From Chloroflexi bacterium UBA4730 (GTDB taxonomy: Bacteria; Chloroflexota; Limnocylindria; P2-11E): a stretch of DNA of 64,000 nt. The notes under the pieces were generated by a model. It searched no databases. It saw only the letters and a list, made by a program, of their open reading frames with translations, and had not been told where the DNA came from. The stretch is taken from the NCBI GenBank assembly GCA_002404155.1, contig DHJC01000015.1:100887-164886 (forward strand). The letters run 5' to 3'. Of this stretch, positions 1 through 8,664 are shown in pieces (the first letter of the stretch is position 1; each line of letters opens with the position of its first letter). Made by a program: the position numbers and the translations under genes.

Positions 1-690
1 ACCATGTCGGTCTCGCCGCGCATGTGGGTGACGTACGGCCGGCCAGTTCCCGCGAGCGCACGGGCGATCGCGACGAGCTCATCGGTCCGCGAGTACAGGC
101 CCGGCGCGTACACGAGGCCGGTCGAGAAGCCGACCGCACCCTGCGCGAGCGCGGCCTCCGCCAGACGCGTCATCGCGCGGAGCTCGTCGGCGGTCGGCGC
201 GCGATCCGCGAAGCCGAGCACCGCGGCCCGGATGCTTCCGTGCCCGACGAGTGGCGCGACGTTCGTGAACATGCCGGCGCCTGAGACCGCGGCCCGGTAG
301 GCCGCGAGGTCGGGCCAGGTGTGCGGACTGCCAGCGACGAGCGTGCCCATGAGCGCAGCGACCTGATCGGCGTGCGGGCCGTCCGCCGGGAACGGGCTGA
401 ATCCGCAATTGCCCGTGACCTCGGTCGTCACACCCTGCCGCAGCTCGGCCGTCTTCACGTCGAGATGGGCCTCGGGCAGGAACATCGCGACGTCGCCGTG
501 GGTGTGCGTGTCGATGAAGCCCGGCGCGACGACGTGGCCGGTCGCATCGATCGTCTCGGTCGCTGCGGCCCCGCCGAGCTCCCCGATCGCCTCAATCCGG
601 CCGTCGCGGATCCCCACGTTGGCACGGCGCGCCGGGCTGCCGGTGCCGTCGACGAGAAGGCCGCCGCGGATCAGGACGTCGAGCGGCATG
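1..690 (-). CDS. N-acyl-D-amino-acid deacylase (D-aminoacylase) family amidohydrolase, N-terminal part only (gene runs off the window start)
   Basis: Own translation of the minus strand from ATG 690-688: MPLDVLIRGGLLVDGTGSPARRANVGIRDGRIEAIGELG...ATGHVVAPGFIDTHTHGD...GVTTEVTGNCG. The GFIDxHxH metal motif and overall pattern are typical of this amidohydrolase family. It is absent from the ORF track because there is no stop inside the window. Confidence 0.75.
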
Positions 691-703
691 ACGCCGCGAC
701 CGC

Positions 704-2071
704 CTATTGCTGGAGGGCGAGGAGGAGCGCGCCGAGGCCCTGCTGGCCACGCACGCGTGCGCGCTGGAGGAGATACATCGCGTTCGAGCTCTGCACCGAC
801 CCGCCGCCCTTCTTGAATCCGGAGAGGTAGCCGCAGCGCTGGAGCGCGGTCCCCGACTGGTCGTTGTAGTCGCCCGACGGATACGCGAAGTGGCGCACGT
901 CGGTGCCGGTCCACGCGTTGAGGAAGTCCCGCGCCCGGCACATCTGATAGATCTGGTCGTTGAGCGGCCGAATCATGCTGACGTGGTCCATCGCATGTGA
1001 TTCGACGTCCATGCCCGCGTCGGCGAGTGCTTTCACTTCGGCGCGGCTGATGTAGCCGGGCTTGTCGACGAGGTTGACGGTCACGAAGAACACGCCGGTC
1101 ATCCCGTACGCCTTGAGCAGCGGCATCACGACGCTGTACGCGTCGGCGTAGCCGTCATCGAAGGTCAGCATCACCGGCTTCGGCGGGAGCGGCGCGGTCC
1201 GATCGAGCGACCACCAGAGGTCCTTCGCGGTGATCGTGTGGTAGCCGTTGTCGCGGAGGTACTTCAGCATCGCTTCGAAGTCCGTCGGGCTGACGGTGAG
1301 GTCCTTGCGCAGATCCATGTTCGGATCGGTCGCCGGCAGCCAGCTGACGTAGTGGTACATGAGCGACGGCACGCGGATCATCCGCGAGCCGTCCGCGAGC
1401 GTCGCCGGCAGGTACGTCCGCACGACCTCGCTCGTGGAGGCGATTGTCGGATCCGGCGTCACGTGCTCGTCGTCCGCCTTCACGAGGACATAGAAGGTGA
1501 GATTCGGATCCTCGAGCCACTGCTGCCCTTCGAGCAGTGGACGCAATCCGAGCTTGTACGCGCCCGGCATCGTCGGCGCCTGGACACTGAACTGGAACCA
1601 CATGATCTCGCCGGGACCCACGTACGGCGTGGACTGGATCGCCGGACGGTTCGCCCGCGACCAGCTCGTCGCGGGCGATCCGGTCGAGCCGTCCCCGCCG
1701 AGCGCGCTCGCCCGGTCCTGGCCCGGTTCGGGGCCCCAGGTGCCAAGCGCGGCGTTGCCGTACCACCCGAGCGAGCCGGTGTTGAGGAATGCGATCGTGA
1801 CCGTCGCGCTGCTGCCCGGGCAGAGCGTCGGGAACCCGGAGCGCGCGTAGAGCGCGGCGTGCGCGCCCGCGAGGCCCGTCGTCGCTCGCACTGGAGCCAC
1901 GCCCGGCGCGACCGTATCGGTGCACGTGATCATCGGGAGCGTGGGCGACGGCGGCAGCACCCGACCGGCAATGGTGCCGGGCTCCAGGTCGGCTGCTCGG
2001 GCAGCACGCGGAGAGCCGGGCACCCAGACGAGGGCGAGCGCGATCACGGTGATGCAGACCTTGCGGACCAC
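704..2071 (-). CDS. secreted polysaccharide deacetylase (NodB-homology domain) with an N-terminal Ig-like module
   Basis: ORF track 704..2119. The C-terminal half has NodB-type motifs (MLTFDDGYADAY, HAMDHV). Start placed at in-frame GTG 2071, which gives a signal-like N-terminus (VVRKVCITVIALALVWVPG) with purine-rich AGGAGAGGG upstream. TTG 2119 is the longest alternative. Confidence 0.8.
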   Translation of the reverse strand: MVRKVCITVIALALVWVPGSPRAARAADLEPGTIAGRVLPPSPTLPMITCTDTVAPGVAPVRATTGLAGAHAALYARSGFPTLCPGSSATVTIAFLNTGSLGWYGNAALGTWGPEPGQDRASALGGDGSTGSPATSWSRANRPAIQSTPYVGPGEIMWFQFSVQAPTMPGAYKLGLRPLLEGQQWLEDPNLTFYVLVKADDEHVTPDPTIASTSEVVRTYLPATLADGSRMIRVPSLMYHYVSWLPATDPNMDLRKDLTVSPTDFEAMLKYLRDNGYHTITAKDLWWSLDRTAPLPPKPVMLTFDDGYADAYSVVMPLLKAYGMTGVFFVTVNLVDKPGYISRAEVKALADAGMDVESHAMDHVSMIRPLNDQIYQMCRARDFLNAWTGTDVRHFAYPSGDYNDQSGTALQRCGYLSGFKKGGGSVQSSNAMYLLQRARVRGQQGLGALLLALQQ

Positions 2072-2186
2072 CCCTTGTCCTTGCCCTCTCCTCGCGTGCG
2101 TGACCGCCACTCGCGTCAACGCGCGTTACCCCGTTCGTCGTGATCCTAGGTGCGTCGGTTGTCATGGGTCAACCCATCGCTCGGTC

Positions 2187-2951
2187 TCAGCCTGGGAGGA
2201 TGACCGTCCGTCCGCTCAGTTGAGCGATCGTCAGACCCGGACCGAAGACGCGGGTGACGACGGCAGCCGCAAGCGCGGTCGCAGGCGGGCCGTCGGCAAC
2301 GACGCGACCCGCGTCGAGGACGACGACGCGATCGGCAAGCGTCGCGAGATTCAGATCGTGCAAGACCGCGAGCACGACGACCCCGCGCGCGCGGGCGAGC
2401 GCCGCGACCCGCCGCAGGGTGCCGAGCTGGTGCTGCGGGTCGAGGTGGGCGGTCGGTTCATCGAGCAGCAGGACGTCGCTCTCCTGAGCAAGGGCCATCG
2501 CGACGACGACGCGCTGCCGCTCGCCACCGGACAGCGCGTCGAGGCGGCGATCAAGGAGCGGCGCGAGATCCTGCTCGTCGATGGCTCGGGCGACCGCGGC
2601 GACGTCGCGTGCCGTCGGACGCGCGAACAGGCCCAGTCGCGCGGTGCGGCCGAGCGTGACGATCTCGCGCACCGTGAAGGGGAACAGCGTGTCGAACGCC
2701 TGCGGCACGACGGCGACACGCGCGGCGAGCGCGGCACGCGACAGCGTCGCGATGTCGATGCCATCGAGCGTCGCCGCACCGGCCGTCGGCCGAATGAGCC
2801 CGGCGAGCGCGCGCAGCAGCGTCGACTTCCCCGCCCCATTCGGTCCGACCAACGCCACGAGCGTCCCCGGCTCGAAGGTGAGATCAACACCGCGCAGGAC
2901 CGCGCGGCTGCCGTACCCGGCCGCGAGCGAGCGCGCGACGAGCGTTGTCAG
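2187..2951 (-). CDS. ABC transporter ATP-binding protein (BtuD/FepC-type, iron-siderophore/cobalamin class)
   Basis: Walker A GPNGAGKS, signature LSGGERQRV, Walker B LLLLDEP. The conserved N-terminus LTTLVARSLAAGYGSRAVLRGVDLTFEPGTL lies upstream of the first canonical start (GTG 2858). Start therefore placed at CTG 2951, which overlaps the permease stop. Confidence 0.8.
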   Translation of the reverse strand: MTTLVARSLAAGYGSRAVLRGVDLTFEPGTLVALVGPNGAGKSTLLRALAGLIRPTAGAATLDGIDIATLSRAALAARVAVVPQAFDTLFPFTVREIVTLGRTARLGLFARPTARDVAAVARAIDEQDLAPLLDRRLDALSGGERQRVVVAMALAQESDVLLLDEPTAHLDPQHQLGTLRRVAALARARGVVVLAVLHDLNLATLADRVVVLDAGRVVADGPPATALAAAVVTRVFGPGLTIAQLSGRTVILPG

Positions 2952-3949
2952 GCGACCTCGCGGCGCCGCGCGCGGACGAGCAGCACGAGGAAGAACGGCG
3001 CGCCGAGCAGGCCGGTGAGGACGCCGACCGGCAGCTCCGCCGGCGCGAAGATGCTGCGAGCGCCCAGGTCCGCGAGCACGAGCACACTCGCGCCGGCGAG
3101 GAAGCTCGCGATCGAGAGCGTGCGGTGCGTCGCGCCGACGATCGGCCGGAGCGCGTGCGGCACGACGAGCCCGACGAACCCAACGAGGCCGGCGAGCGCC
3201 ACGGCCGCGCCGGTGAGCAGCGCGGCTGCGCCGATGACACCGATCGTCGTGCGCTCAGGATCGACGCCGAGCGTCGCTGCAGTCTCCTCGCCGAAGACGA
3301 ACGCATCGATCCGGCGGCCGAGGACGATCGCGAGCGCGACACCGAACGCCACGACGATCGCCGCGATGAGGAGCTCGCTCGTCGAACGGACGGCGACGCC
3401 GCCGCTCAGGATGTCGAGCACGGCGCGGAGGCGGAGCGAAAGCCGATCGCTCGCGAAGAGGAGGAGCGTGACGAGCGCGCTCGCAAAGGACGTCAGGATG
3501 ATGCCGGCGAGCAGCACCGTCAGGACGGTAGTGCGACCGCCCAGCCGCGCGAGCTGCCAGACCAACAGCGCGCTCGCGAGCGCGCCGATGAACGCGGCGA
3601 GCGGCACGACCGTTGCCGCGATGTCGCTGCCGAGCGCGATGACGCCCACCGCGCCGAGCGCGGCGCCGGCGGATGTGCCGGTGACATACGGATCGGCGAG
3701 CGGATTGCGGAACAGGCCTTGGAGCAACGCCCCCGCGACTGCGAGCGAGCCGCCGACGAGCGCGGCCGCGAGCACCCGCGGGAGTCGGAGGTCGCGGACG
3801 ATGACACCGGTGACGGGATCACCGCCGCCGAGGAGCGCGCCAAGCACGTCGGTCGGCGCGAGGGGGACCGCGCCGACGAGGATCCCCGCGGCAAGGCTCA
3901 CTGGGAGCGCCACCGCGAGGATCGCGATCGCCGGCGCGGCCCGGGTCAC
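2948..3949 (-). CDS. FecCD/BtuC-family ABC transporter permease
   Basis: 333-aa polytopic membrane protein with the typical FecCD pattern (LRLPRVLAA..., GAPFFLVLL C-terminus). GTG start overlaps the upstream stop (GTGA). Confidence 0.9.
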   Translation of the reverse strand: MTRAAPAIAILAVALPVSLAAGILVGAVPLAPTDVLGALLGGGDPVTGVIVRDLRLPRVLAAALVGGSLAVAGALLQGLFRNPLADPYVTGTSAGAALGAVGVIALGSDIAATVVPLAAFIGALASALLVWQLARLGGRTTVLTVLLAGIILTSFASALVTLLLFASDRLSLRLRAVLDILSGGVAVRSTSELLIAAIVVAFGVALAIVLGRRIDAFVFGEETAATLGVDPERTTIGVIGAAALLTGAAVALAGLVGFVGLVVPHALRPIVGATHRTLSIASFLAGASVLVLADLGARSIFAPAELPVGVLTGLLGAPFFLVLLVRARRREVA

Positions 3950-4875
3950 TTGAAGAGCTCGGGGTGCACCAGCTTCGCGTATTCCTGCGCCGCCTCGCCG
4001 AGCCGGGGGCCAGGCCGGCTGAAGAGGCTGATCCCGGCGTACACGCGTTTGTTCTTGACCGCGGTGAGCGCAGCCCAGCCTGGACGGCTCGCGACCGAGT
4101 CGATCGTGGTCCCGTAGAGGGCGTCGCCGAGGACGATGACCTCGGGATCCGCGCGCACGATCTCCTCGCCAGAGACCGTCGGGTACGCGCTCTTCGTGGT
4201 CGCGAAGACGTTCGTGCCGCCGGCCAGGTTGATGAGGTCGTCGATGAACGAACCCGGGCCGACGGTGTAGATCTTCGCCGGATCCGACGCGTCGACCTCG
4301 TGGAAGACCCTGAACTTCGGCGCCGTGTCGGTCTTGGCCTTCACCGCGTCAAGCTGCTTCTGGATGTCGCTCGCGAGCTTCGCCCCGTCCGCGCCGATGG
4401 CCTGCCCGATGAGCGTCGCCGAACGAGCGACGTCAGCCGCGCCCTGCGGATCGACGACGAGGACGGCGGCGGTCGTCTGGGACAGCGCCTCAATGGTTCC
4501 GTCGGAGAACTTCACCGTGACGATAAGGTCCGGCTTCAGTGATACGACCTTCTCGAGGTTGACCTTCACCCCACCCACGTGCTCCTTCGTCTGGGCCGCC
4601 GCGGGCTCGTCGGAGAAGTCGTCGTCACCGACGACACGGTCGCCGGCGCCGAGGGCGAACAGGAACTCGGTGTTGGAGGGACCGATCGAGACGATGCGCT
4701 CGGGACGCTTGGAGATCGCGACCGAGCGGCCTTGGAAGTCGGTGATGCTCGTGGGGAACGGAGCGGCCGTCACGCGTGCCTTCGGCGTCGCGGACGCTGA
4801 GGGGGTAGCGATCGGGGAAGTGGTGCAGTTCACCACGAAGAGAAGCGCGAACAGCAACGCGAAGCGTCGGGTCAT
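3946..4875 (-). CDS. BtuF-like periplasmic (lipoprotein-like) substrate-binding protein of the ABC importer
   Basis: 309 aa with a hydrophobic N-terminal signal ending in Cys (LLFVVNC). Class III PBP pattern (RIVSIGPSNTEFLFALG, PDLIV, RPGPRLGEA). First gene after a cobalamin riboswitch. Confidence 0.85.
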   Translation of the reverse strand: MTRRFALLFALLFVVNCTTSPIATPSASATPKARVTAAPFPTSITDFQGRSVAISKRPERIVSIGPSNTEFLFALGAGDRVVGDDDFSDEPAAAQTKEHVGGVKVNLEKVVSLKPDLIVTVKFSDGTIEALSQTTAAVLVVDPQGAADVARSATLIGQAIGADGAKLASDIQKQLDAVKAKTDTAPKFRVFHEVDASDPAKIYTVGPGSFIDDLINLAGGTNVFATTKSAYPTVSGEEIVRADPEVIVLGDALYGTTIDSVASRPGWAALTAVKNKRVYAGISLFSRPGPRLGEAAQEYAKLVHPELFK

Positions 4876-4889
4876 TTCAGGCTCACCCT

Positions 4890-5015
4890 TTCTCGCGAAG
4901 GTGTGTTGGCCGCGAGCGGATGACCAGGCGACCCGAGTTCGGCTGTTCGGCCGTTACGGTGGCGGGACCCTGCCGGAATCGCACCGGCTTCGCTGGAGAT
5001 CCGCGTATTCAGTTG
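4890..5015 (-). promoter_or_regulatory. cobalamin (B12) riboswitch in the 5' leader of the btuFCD-like operon
   Basis: Minus-strand sequence ...CAGCGAAGCCGGTGCGATTCCGGCAGGGTCCCGCCACCGTAACGG...AACTCGGGTCGCCTGGTCATCC... It carries the conserved cobalamin-riboswitch core (GGTG-n-A(A/T)TCC...CCCGCCAC-GTAA) and a degenerate B12 box (TC-GG-n3-CCTGG). Boundaries are approximate. Confidence 0.7.
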
Positions 5016-5029
5016 TGCGCGAAGGACAA

Positions 5030-5299
5030 CTAGGCCGTCGCGGGGATCCGCTCTTGCGTGAATCGCGCGCTGTCGGACAGGTTGGCCGCGAAGAGACGCT
5101 GCAGGGTCATGACGTGCGAGCAGAGGCCGTGCACCACGAAGTGCTCGCACTCGCACGACCACTCATCTCCGGAGAGGCGGATCTTGTGGGTCCCGTTGTC
5201 GCCACGAAAAGTCACCTCGAGGGCTTGGAATTGGACCCGTTCGGGCTCGGCTGCGTACCGTTTCGCCTTCTCGATCTTGGAGATGAGGCTCGAGTTCAT
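5030..5299 (-). CDS. small stand-alone SWIM-type zinc-finger protein (89 aa)
   Basis: ATG 5299 is preceded by GGGAGGAA. The C-x-C-x(n)-C-x-H pattern is WSCECEHFVVHGLCSH. The upstream part of ORF 5030..5653 is Arg/Pro-rich and was judged non-coding. Confidence 0.6.
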   Translation of the reverse strand: MNSSLISKIEKAKRYAAEPERVQFQALEVTFRGDNGTHKIRLSGDEWSCECEHFVVHGLCSHVMTLQRLFAANLSDSARFTQERIPATA

Positions 5300-5324
5300 G
5301 AGTTCCTCCCGCTCCGTTTCGGCG

Positions 5325-5884
5325 TCAGGCGGCGCCGTCCTTGCCGAGTATAGGAAGGCCATTTTCAGGCCGAATTCGAGCGATAAGCGGCGCGGTGACG
5401 AGCGCGTCGAGCGCGCCGGCGAGCCCGGAGATGATGGCGTGCCGCAGCGTCCAGTGCTCCTCGAAGACGCTCCCGAAGCCCGCTGCGCGCGTGATCGCCT
5501 GCCCGCCGATGCCGAGCACGAACGCCGCGGTCGTCGCGACGGCCCAGGACGGCGTGCGCAGGACCGCGGCCTGGAGGACGCCGGTCGCGAGGCCGCCGGC
5601 CAGCGCCACCGGCAGGTAGCCGCTGCTCGGGGGCCGGCCGTCGCCGAGCGCATGCGTCACCGCGATACCCACCGCTGTAGCGACCAGCGACTGCCACCGG
5701 CGTCGAAGGACGCCGCGAAGGGCGGGCAGCTGCGCGGCGCCGATGAGCAGCCGGTCAGCCCACCGAGGATGACCCCGGCCGGTGCGAGGCCGACGTCATC
5801 AAGGCTGCCGGGGAAGTGCAGGAACGTACCAAAGACAAGGAAGCCCCCGACCGTGAGGCCGGCCCAGGCCGCGAGGCGGCTCAC
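5325..5884 (-). pseudogene. hypothetical polytopic membrane protein split over two frames (apparent 1-nt indel near 5750)
   Basis: ORF 5657..5884 reads MSRLAAWAGLTVGGFLVFG...GVILGGLTG. The overlapping ORF ending at 5325 is open upstream of its first start and continues LLIGAAQLPALRGVL...GIAVTHALGDG. Adding one base after ACC GG fuses them into one hydrophobic protein. Confidence 0.4.
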
Positions 5885-6507
5885 CGCTCCGTCCGCCGAA
5901 GCAGCTGCGCACGGGCGGCCGCGTCATGGCCCCGATCGCGCTCGCCAAGACGGTCGGCGATGCGGAGACGATGCTCGACGGTCTTGTTCCCGCCGTACTT
6001 GAACTTCGCGCGCACGTCTTCGATGGTGCAGACGATCCCGCGGATCGAACCGAAGAGCTTCCCGTAGTCATTGTCCGGCTCGACCGGGGCGTGCCCGCCC
6101 TCGGGCTGGAAGTGCGCGAGCTGGCCGCGCAGGATCGCGGCGAGCTCCTCGGGGTCGTCGACCGTGCGCGTGCGCACGATCGCCTGCACCGCCGCGTAGT
6201 ACGACGTCGGGACGCCGTACTCGATGGGCGCACCCTGGTTCGCGTTCCAGTGCGTCGGGATGTAGCTGTAGTCCCCGTACACCGAGACGAGCGCGAGCGG
6301 ATTCTCCGCGAGGGCCCCCCACACCGGGTTCGGCGCGGCGAGGTGCAGGCGGATGATGCGGTCGCCGTCGTAGATGAAGTGGGTCGGGACGACGATCGGC
6401 ACGTCGCGACCGCGGCCGGAGGCGATCAGCTCGCCGAAATCACACGAGGCGAGGAAGGACTTCCACTCGTCCTCGGAGATCGCCGCGTCGTGCTTCTTGA
6501 TCAGCAT
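5881..6507 (-). CDS. PaiB-family FMN-binding putative transcriptional regulator
   Basis: 208-aa ORF. The pattern MLIKKHDAAISEDEWKSFL...VPTHFIYDGD...KFKYGGNK is typical of the PaiB / pyridoxamine-phosphate-oxidase-like family. Confidence 0.8.
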   Translation of the reverse strand: MLIKKHDAAISEDEWKSFLASCDFGELIASGRGRDVPIVVPTHFIYDGDRIIRLHLAAPNPVWGALAENPLALVSVYGDYSYIPTHWNANQGAPIEYGVPTSYYAAVQAIVRTRTVDDPEELAAILRGQLAHFQPEGGHAPVEPDNDYGKLFGSIRGIVCTIEDVRAKFKYGGNKTVEHRLRIADRLGERDRGHDAAARAQLLRRTER

Positions 6508-6531
6508 CGACGTCGAGCCTAGCGCCCGCGA

Positions 6532-6960
6532 TCACTGGTTCGTGGGGTTGCAGCCATTCCTGCTGATCTCGATCCCGTAGGCAGCAGAGCCGGCCGACGG
6601 CACGGACCGCGTAGTGAGCTTGGCGGTGAGCCTGCCGGTCGGATCGAAGTAGCAGCGCATCGAGACGTCGCCCTCGGTCCATTCGGGGCCCGGCCCCTGC
6701 CAGTTCATTTCGTGGAGCCGCTGGACGTAGTAGGTACGGATCTCTTCGGCCGAGTGCGGAGTCACGTATGACTCGGTGATCCGACGCTCGTCGTGCCGGG
6801 TGTTCACAGCGATTGCGTCGGGGAACCGGCCGAGCGTCACGAAGCTGCGCTCCATGAGATCGCGTTCCTCGGCGCCTTGGACCGTGCCAAGGACGACGAG
6901 CGATACGATGGCGAGCGTGATGGCTGCGAGGATCCCGACGTTGCGCGACCGGATCTTCAT
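6532..6960 (-). CDS. hypothetical membrane-anchored/exported protein
   Basis: 142-aa ORF with an N-terminal hydrophobic segment (VGILAAITLAIVSLVVLG). Codon usage is lower-GC than neighbouring genes. No recognisable domain. Confidence 0.55.
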   Translation of the reverse strand: MKIRSRNVGILAAITLAIVSLVVLGTVQGAEERDLMERSFVTLGRFPDAIAVNTRHDERRITESYVTPHSAEEIRTYYVQRLHEMNWQGPGPEWTEGDVSMRCYFDPTGRLTAKLTTRSVPSAGSAAYGIEISRNGCNPTNQ

Positions 6961-6984
6961 CTCCGATCACCCGGTGCAGCAGAT

Positions 6985-7542
6985 TTGACGCCACGGGTCG
7001 CGTCGGTGAACGTCGGGCGGCCGCGCGAGATCAGCGTCGGCGACGAGCTCGTGCGCACGAGCATCTGGAAGGATCCGGTCGCCGGCCGCGTCGCGGTCCG
7101 CGGCGTGAACCTCGCCGGCGATGATCAGTCCGACCGGACCGTCCACGGCGGCGACCGCAAGGCGGTGTATGCGTATGCGCGCGAGGACCTCGACTGGTGG
7201 GGCGATCGCCTCGGTCAGCCCCTCGGCTCCGGCACGTTCGGCGAGAACCTCACCACGGAGGGCATCGACGTCACCGGCGCGCGCGTCGGCGAACGCTGGC
7301 GGGTGGGGACGACGCTCCTCGAGGTGACCCAGCCGCGGCTCCCCTGCTTCAAGCTCGAGGCGCGGATGGATCGACCCGGGTTCATCGAGGAGTTCATCGA
7401 CGGCGGCCGGCCGGGCGCCTACCTCCGGATCGTCGACGAGGGCGAGGTCGGCGCGGGCGATGCGGTGCGGGTCGTCTCGCGCCCGGAGGACGCGCCATCG
7501 ATGGCCGAGGTCATGCGACGGAAGACGAAACGGGCGGAGTAG
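6985..7542 (+). CDS. MOSC domain-containing protein (YiiM-like)
   Basis: C-terminal 185 aa of ORF 6793..7542: VNVGRPREI...WKDPV...GDDQSDRTVHGG...GENLTTEG...VTQPRLPCFKL. Start placed at in-frame TTG 6985, because the upstream part overlaps the previous gene. Confidence 0.8.
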   Translation: MTPRVASVNVGRPREISVGDELVRTSIWKDPVAGRVAVRGVNLAGDDQSDRTVHGGDRKAVYAYAREDLDWWGDRLGQPLGSGTFGENLTTEGIDVTGARVGERWRVGTTLLEVTQPRLPCFKLEARMDRPGFIEEFIDGGRPGAYLRIVDEGEVGAGDAVRVVSRPEDAPSMAEVMRRKTKRAE

Positions 7543-8434
7543 TCAGCCGGATCGACCGCGCGCCGACCGGTGCGGATACGCGATCGGGATGCAGTAGCGA
7601 GGCGAGAAGCTCGATCCCGTCCACGACGCGCGGGCCCGGCCGGCTGAAGTACGCGTTCCCATCGAGCGCGTAGACGTTCCCGTCCCGCACCGCACGCAGC
7701 CGTTGCCACTCCGGTCGTGCGGTCACGGCGGCCGCCTCAACGACGGCGCGGTCGGCGTCGAAGCCGCAGGGCAGCAGGAACAGGAACTCGGGATCGGCCG
7801 CGACGAGGTCGTCCCACAGGACATCGATCGACGGCACGAGGGGTCGGCCGAGCAGATCCTCGCCGCCGGCGATCGCCACTTGCTCCGGCACCCAGTGTCC
7901 GGCGTTGAACAGCGGCGCGAGCCATTCGAGGCAGACCACGGTCGGTCGACCCGCGCCCGCGACGAGCGCGTCGACGCGCGCGATGCGCGACCGGAGATCC
8001 GCGACCAGCTGCGCCGCGGCCGGGCCACGCCCAAGTGCCTCGCCGACGCGAGCGATGTCGGAGAAGATCCCAGCGAGCGAATGGCCGTCCAGCGGAACGA
8101 CCGCCGGCGCGGGATCAAGCGCGACGGGCAGCTGCGCGACGGTGACAGCACAGACCTCGCAGAGCGTCTGACCGAGCAGCACGTCCGGCCGCGCCGCGGC
8201 AAGGGCGGCCGCGTCCAGATGAAAGGTGCTCTCGCCCCGCTCGACGGCGGCGCGGACCTCCAGGTCGATCGCGAAGCTGTCGCTCCCCGGCGTGATGGTC
8301 GAGCATGTGATCCGCGGCAGGGCCCGAACGGCCGGCGGATAGTCGCAGTCGTGGGTGACGGCGACGAGCTCATCGCCCGCCCCGAGCGCGCACGCGATCT
8401 CCGTCCCTGCCGGAACGAGTGACACGATCCGCAC
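7511..8434 (-). CDS. BtuF-like cobalamin/iron-complex binding protein lacking a signal peptide
   Basis: 307 aa starting MRIVSLVPAGTEIACALGAGDELVAVTHDCDYP, with no hydrophobic leader. Contains PDVLL, GHWVPE and YFSRPGPRVVDG, the class III PBP fold pattern. Confidence 0.75.
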   Translation of the reverse strand: MRIVSLVPAGTEIACALGAGDELVAVTHDCDYPPAVRALPRITCSTITPGSDSFAIDLEVRAAVERGESTFHLDAAALAAARPDVLLGQTLCEVCAVTVAQLPVALDPAPAVVPLDGHSLAGIFSDIARVGEALGRGPAAAQLVADLRSRIARVDALVAGAGRPTVVCLEWLAPLFNAGHWVPEQVAIAGGEDLLGRPLVPSIDVLWDDLVAADPEFLFLLPCGFDADRAVVEAAAVTARPEWQRLRAVRDGNVYALDGNAYFSRPGPRVVDGIELLASLLHPDRVSAPVGARSIRLTTPPVSSSVA

Positions 8435-8451
8435 CCTCGTAGGCTAGCCCC

Positions 8452-8664
8452 GTGGTCGAACGCGCTGTTTCGCTGACCATCGAGCGCGAGCGCGCGCTCG
8501 TTCGCGACGCGGGAGCGCGGCGCCCGAAGGCCTGGGGCGCGCTCGCGGCGAAGGGGGTCGTCGCTTTCCGCGAGCTCGCCGGGCGGGCGCCGACCGATGC
8601 CGAACGGCGCGCGATCTGGTCCGGGCTCTGGCGCGCCGCCGAAGAGGCGACCGTCCGTGGTTGA
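8452..8664 (+). CDS. hypothetical 70-aa protein (first ORF of an overlapping three-ORF cassette)
   Basis: GTG start. GC-rich third codon positions are consistent with coding. The stop overlaps the next start (GTGGTTGA). Confidence 0.4.
   Translation: MVERAVSLTIERERALVRDAGARRPKAWGALAAKGVVAFRELAGRAPTDAERRAIWSGLWRAAEEATVRG

Noticed and set aside
1920-3953. 677-aa plus-strand ORF (and similar ones at 2945-4117, 4325-5353 and 5058-6002) overlapping the ABC importer genes
   Set aside because: The translations are Arg/Ala/Pro/Ser-rich and low-complexity, and are antisense or out of frame to genes with clear family motifs. These are typical shadow ORFs of a very GC-rich genome.
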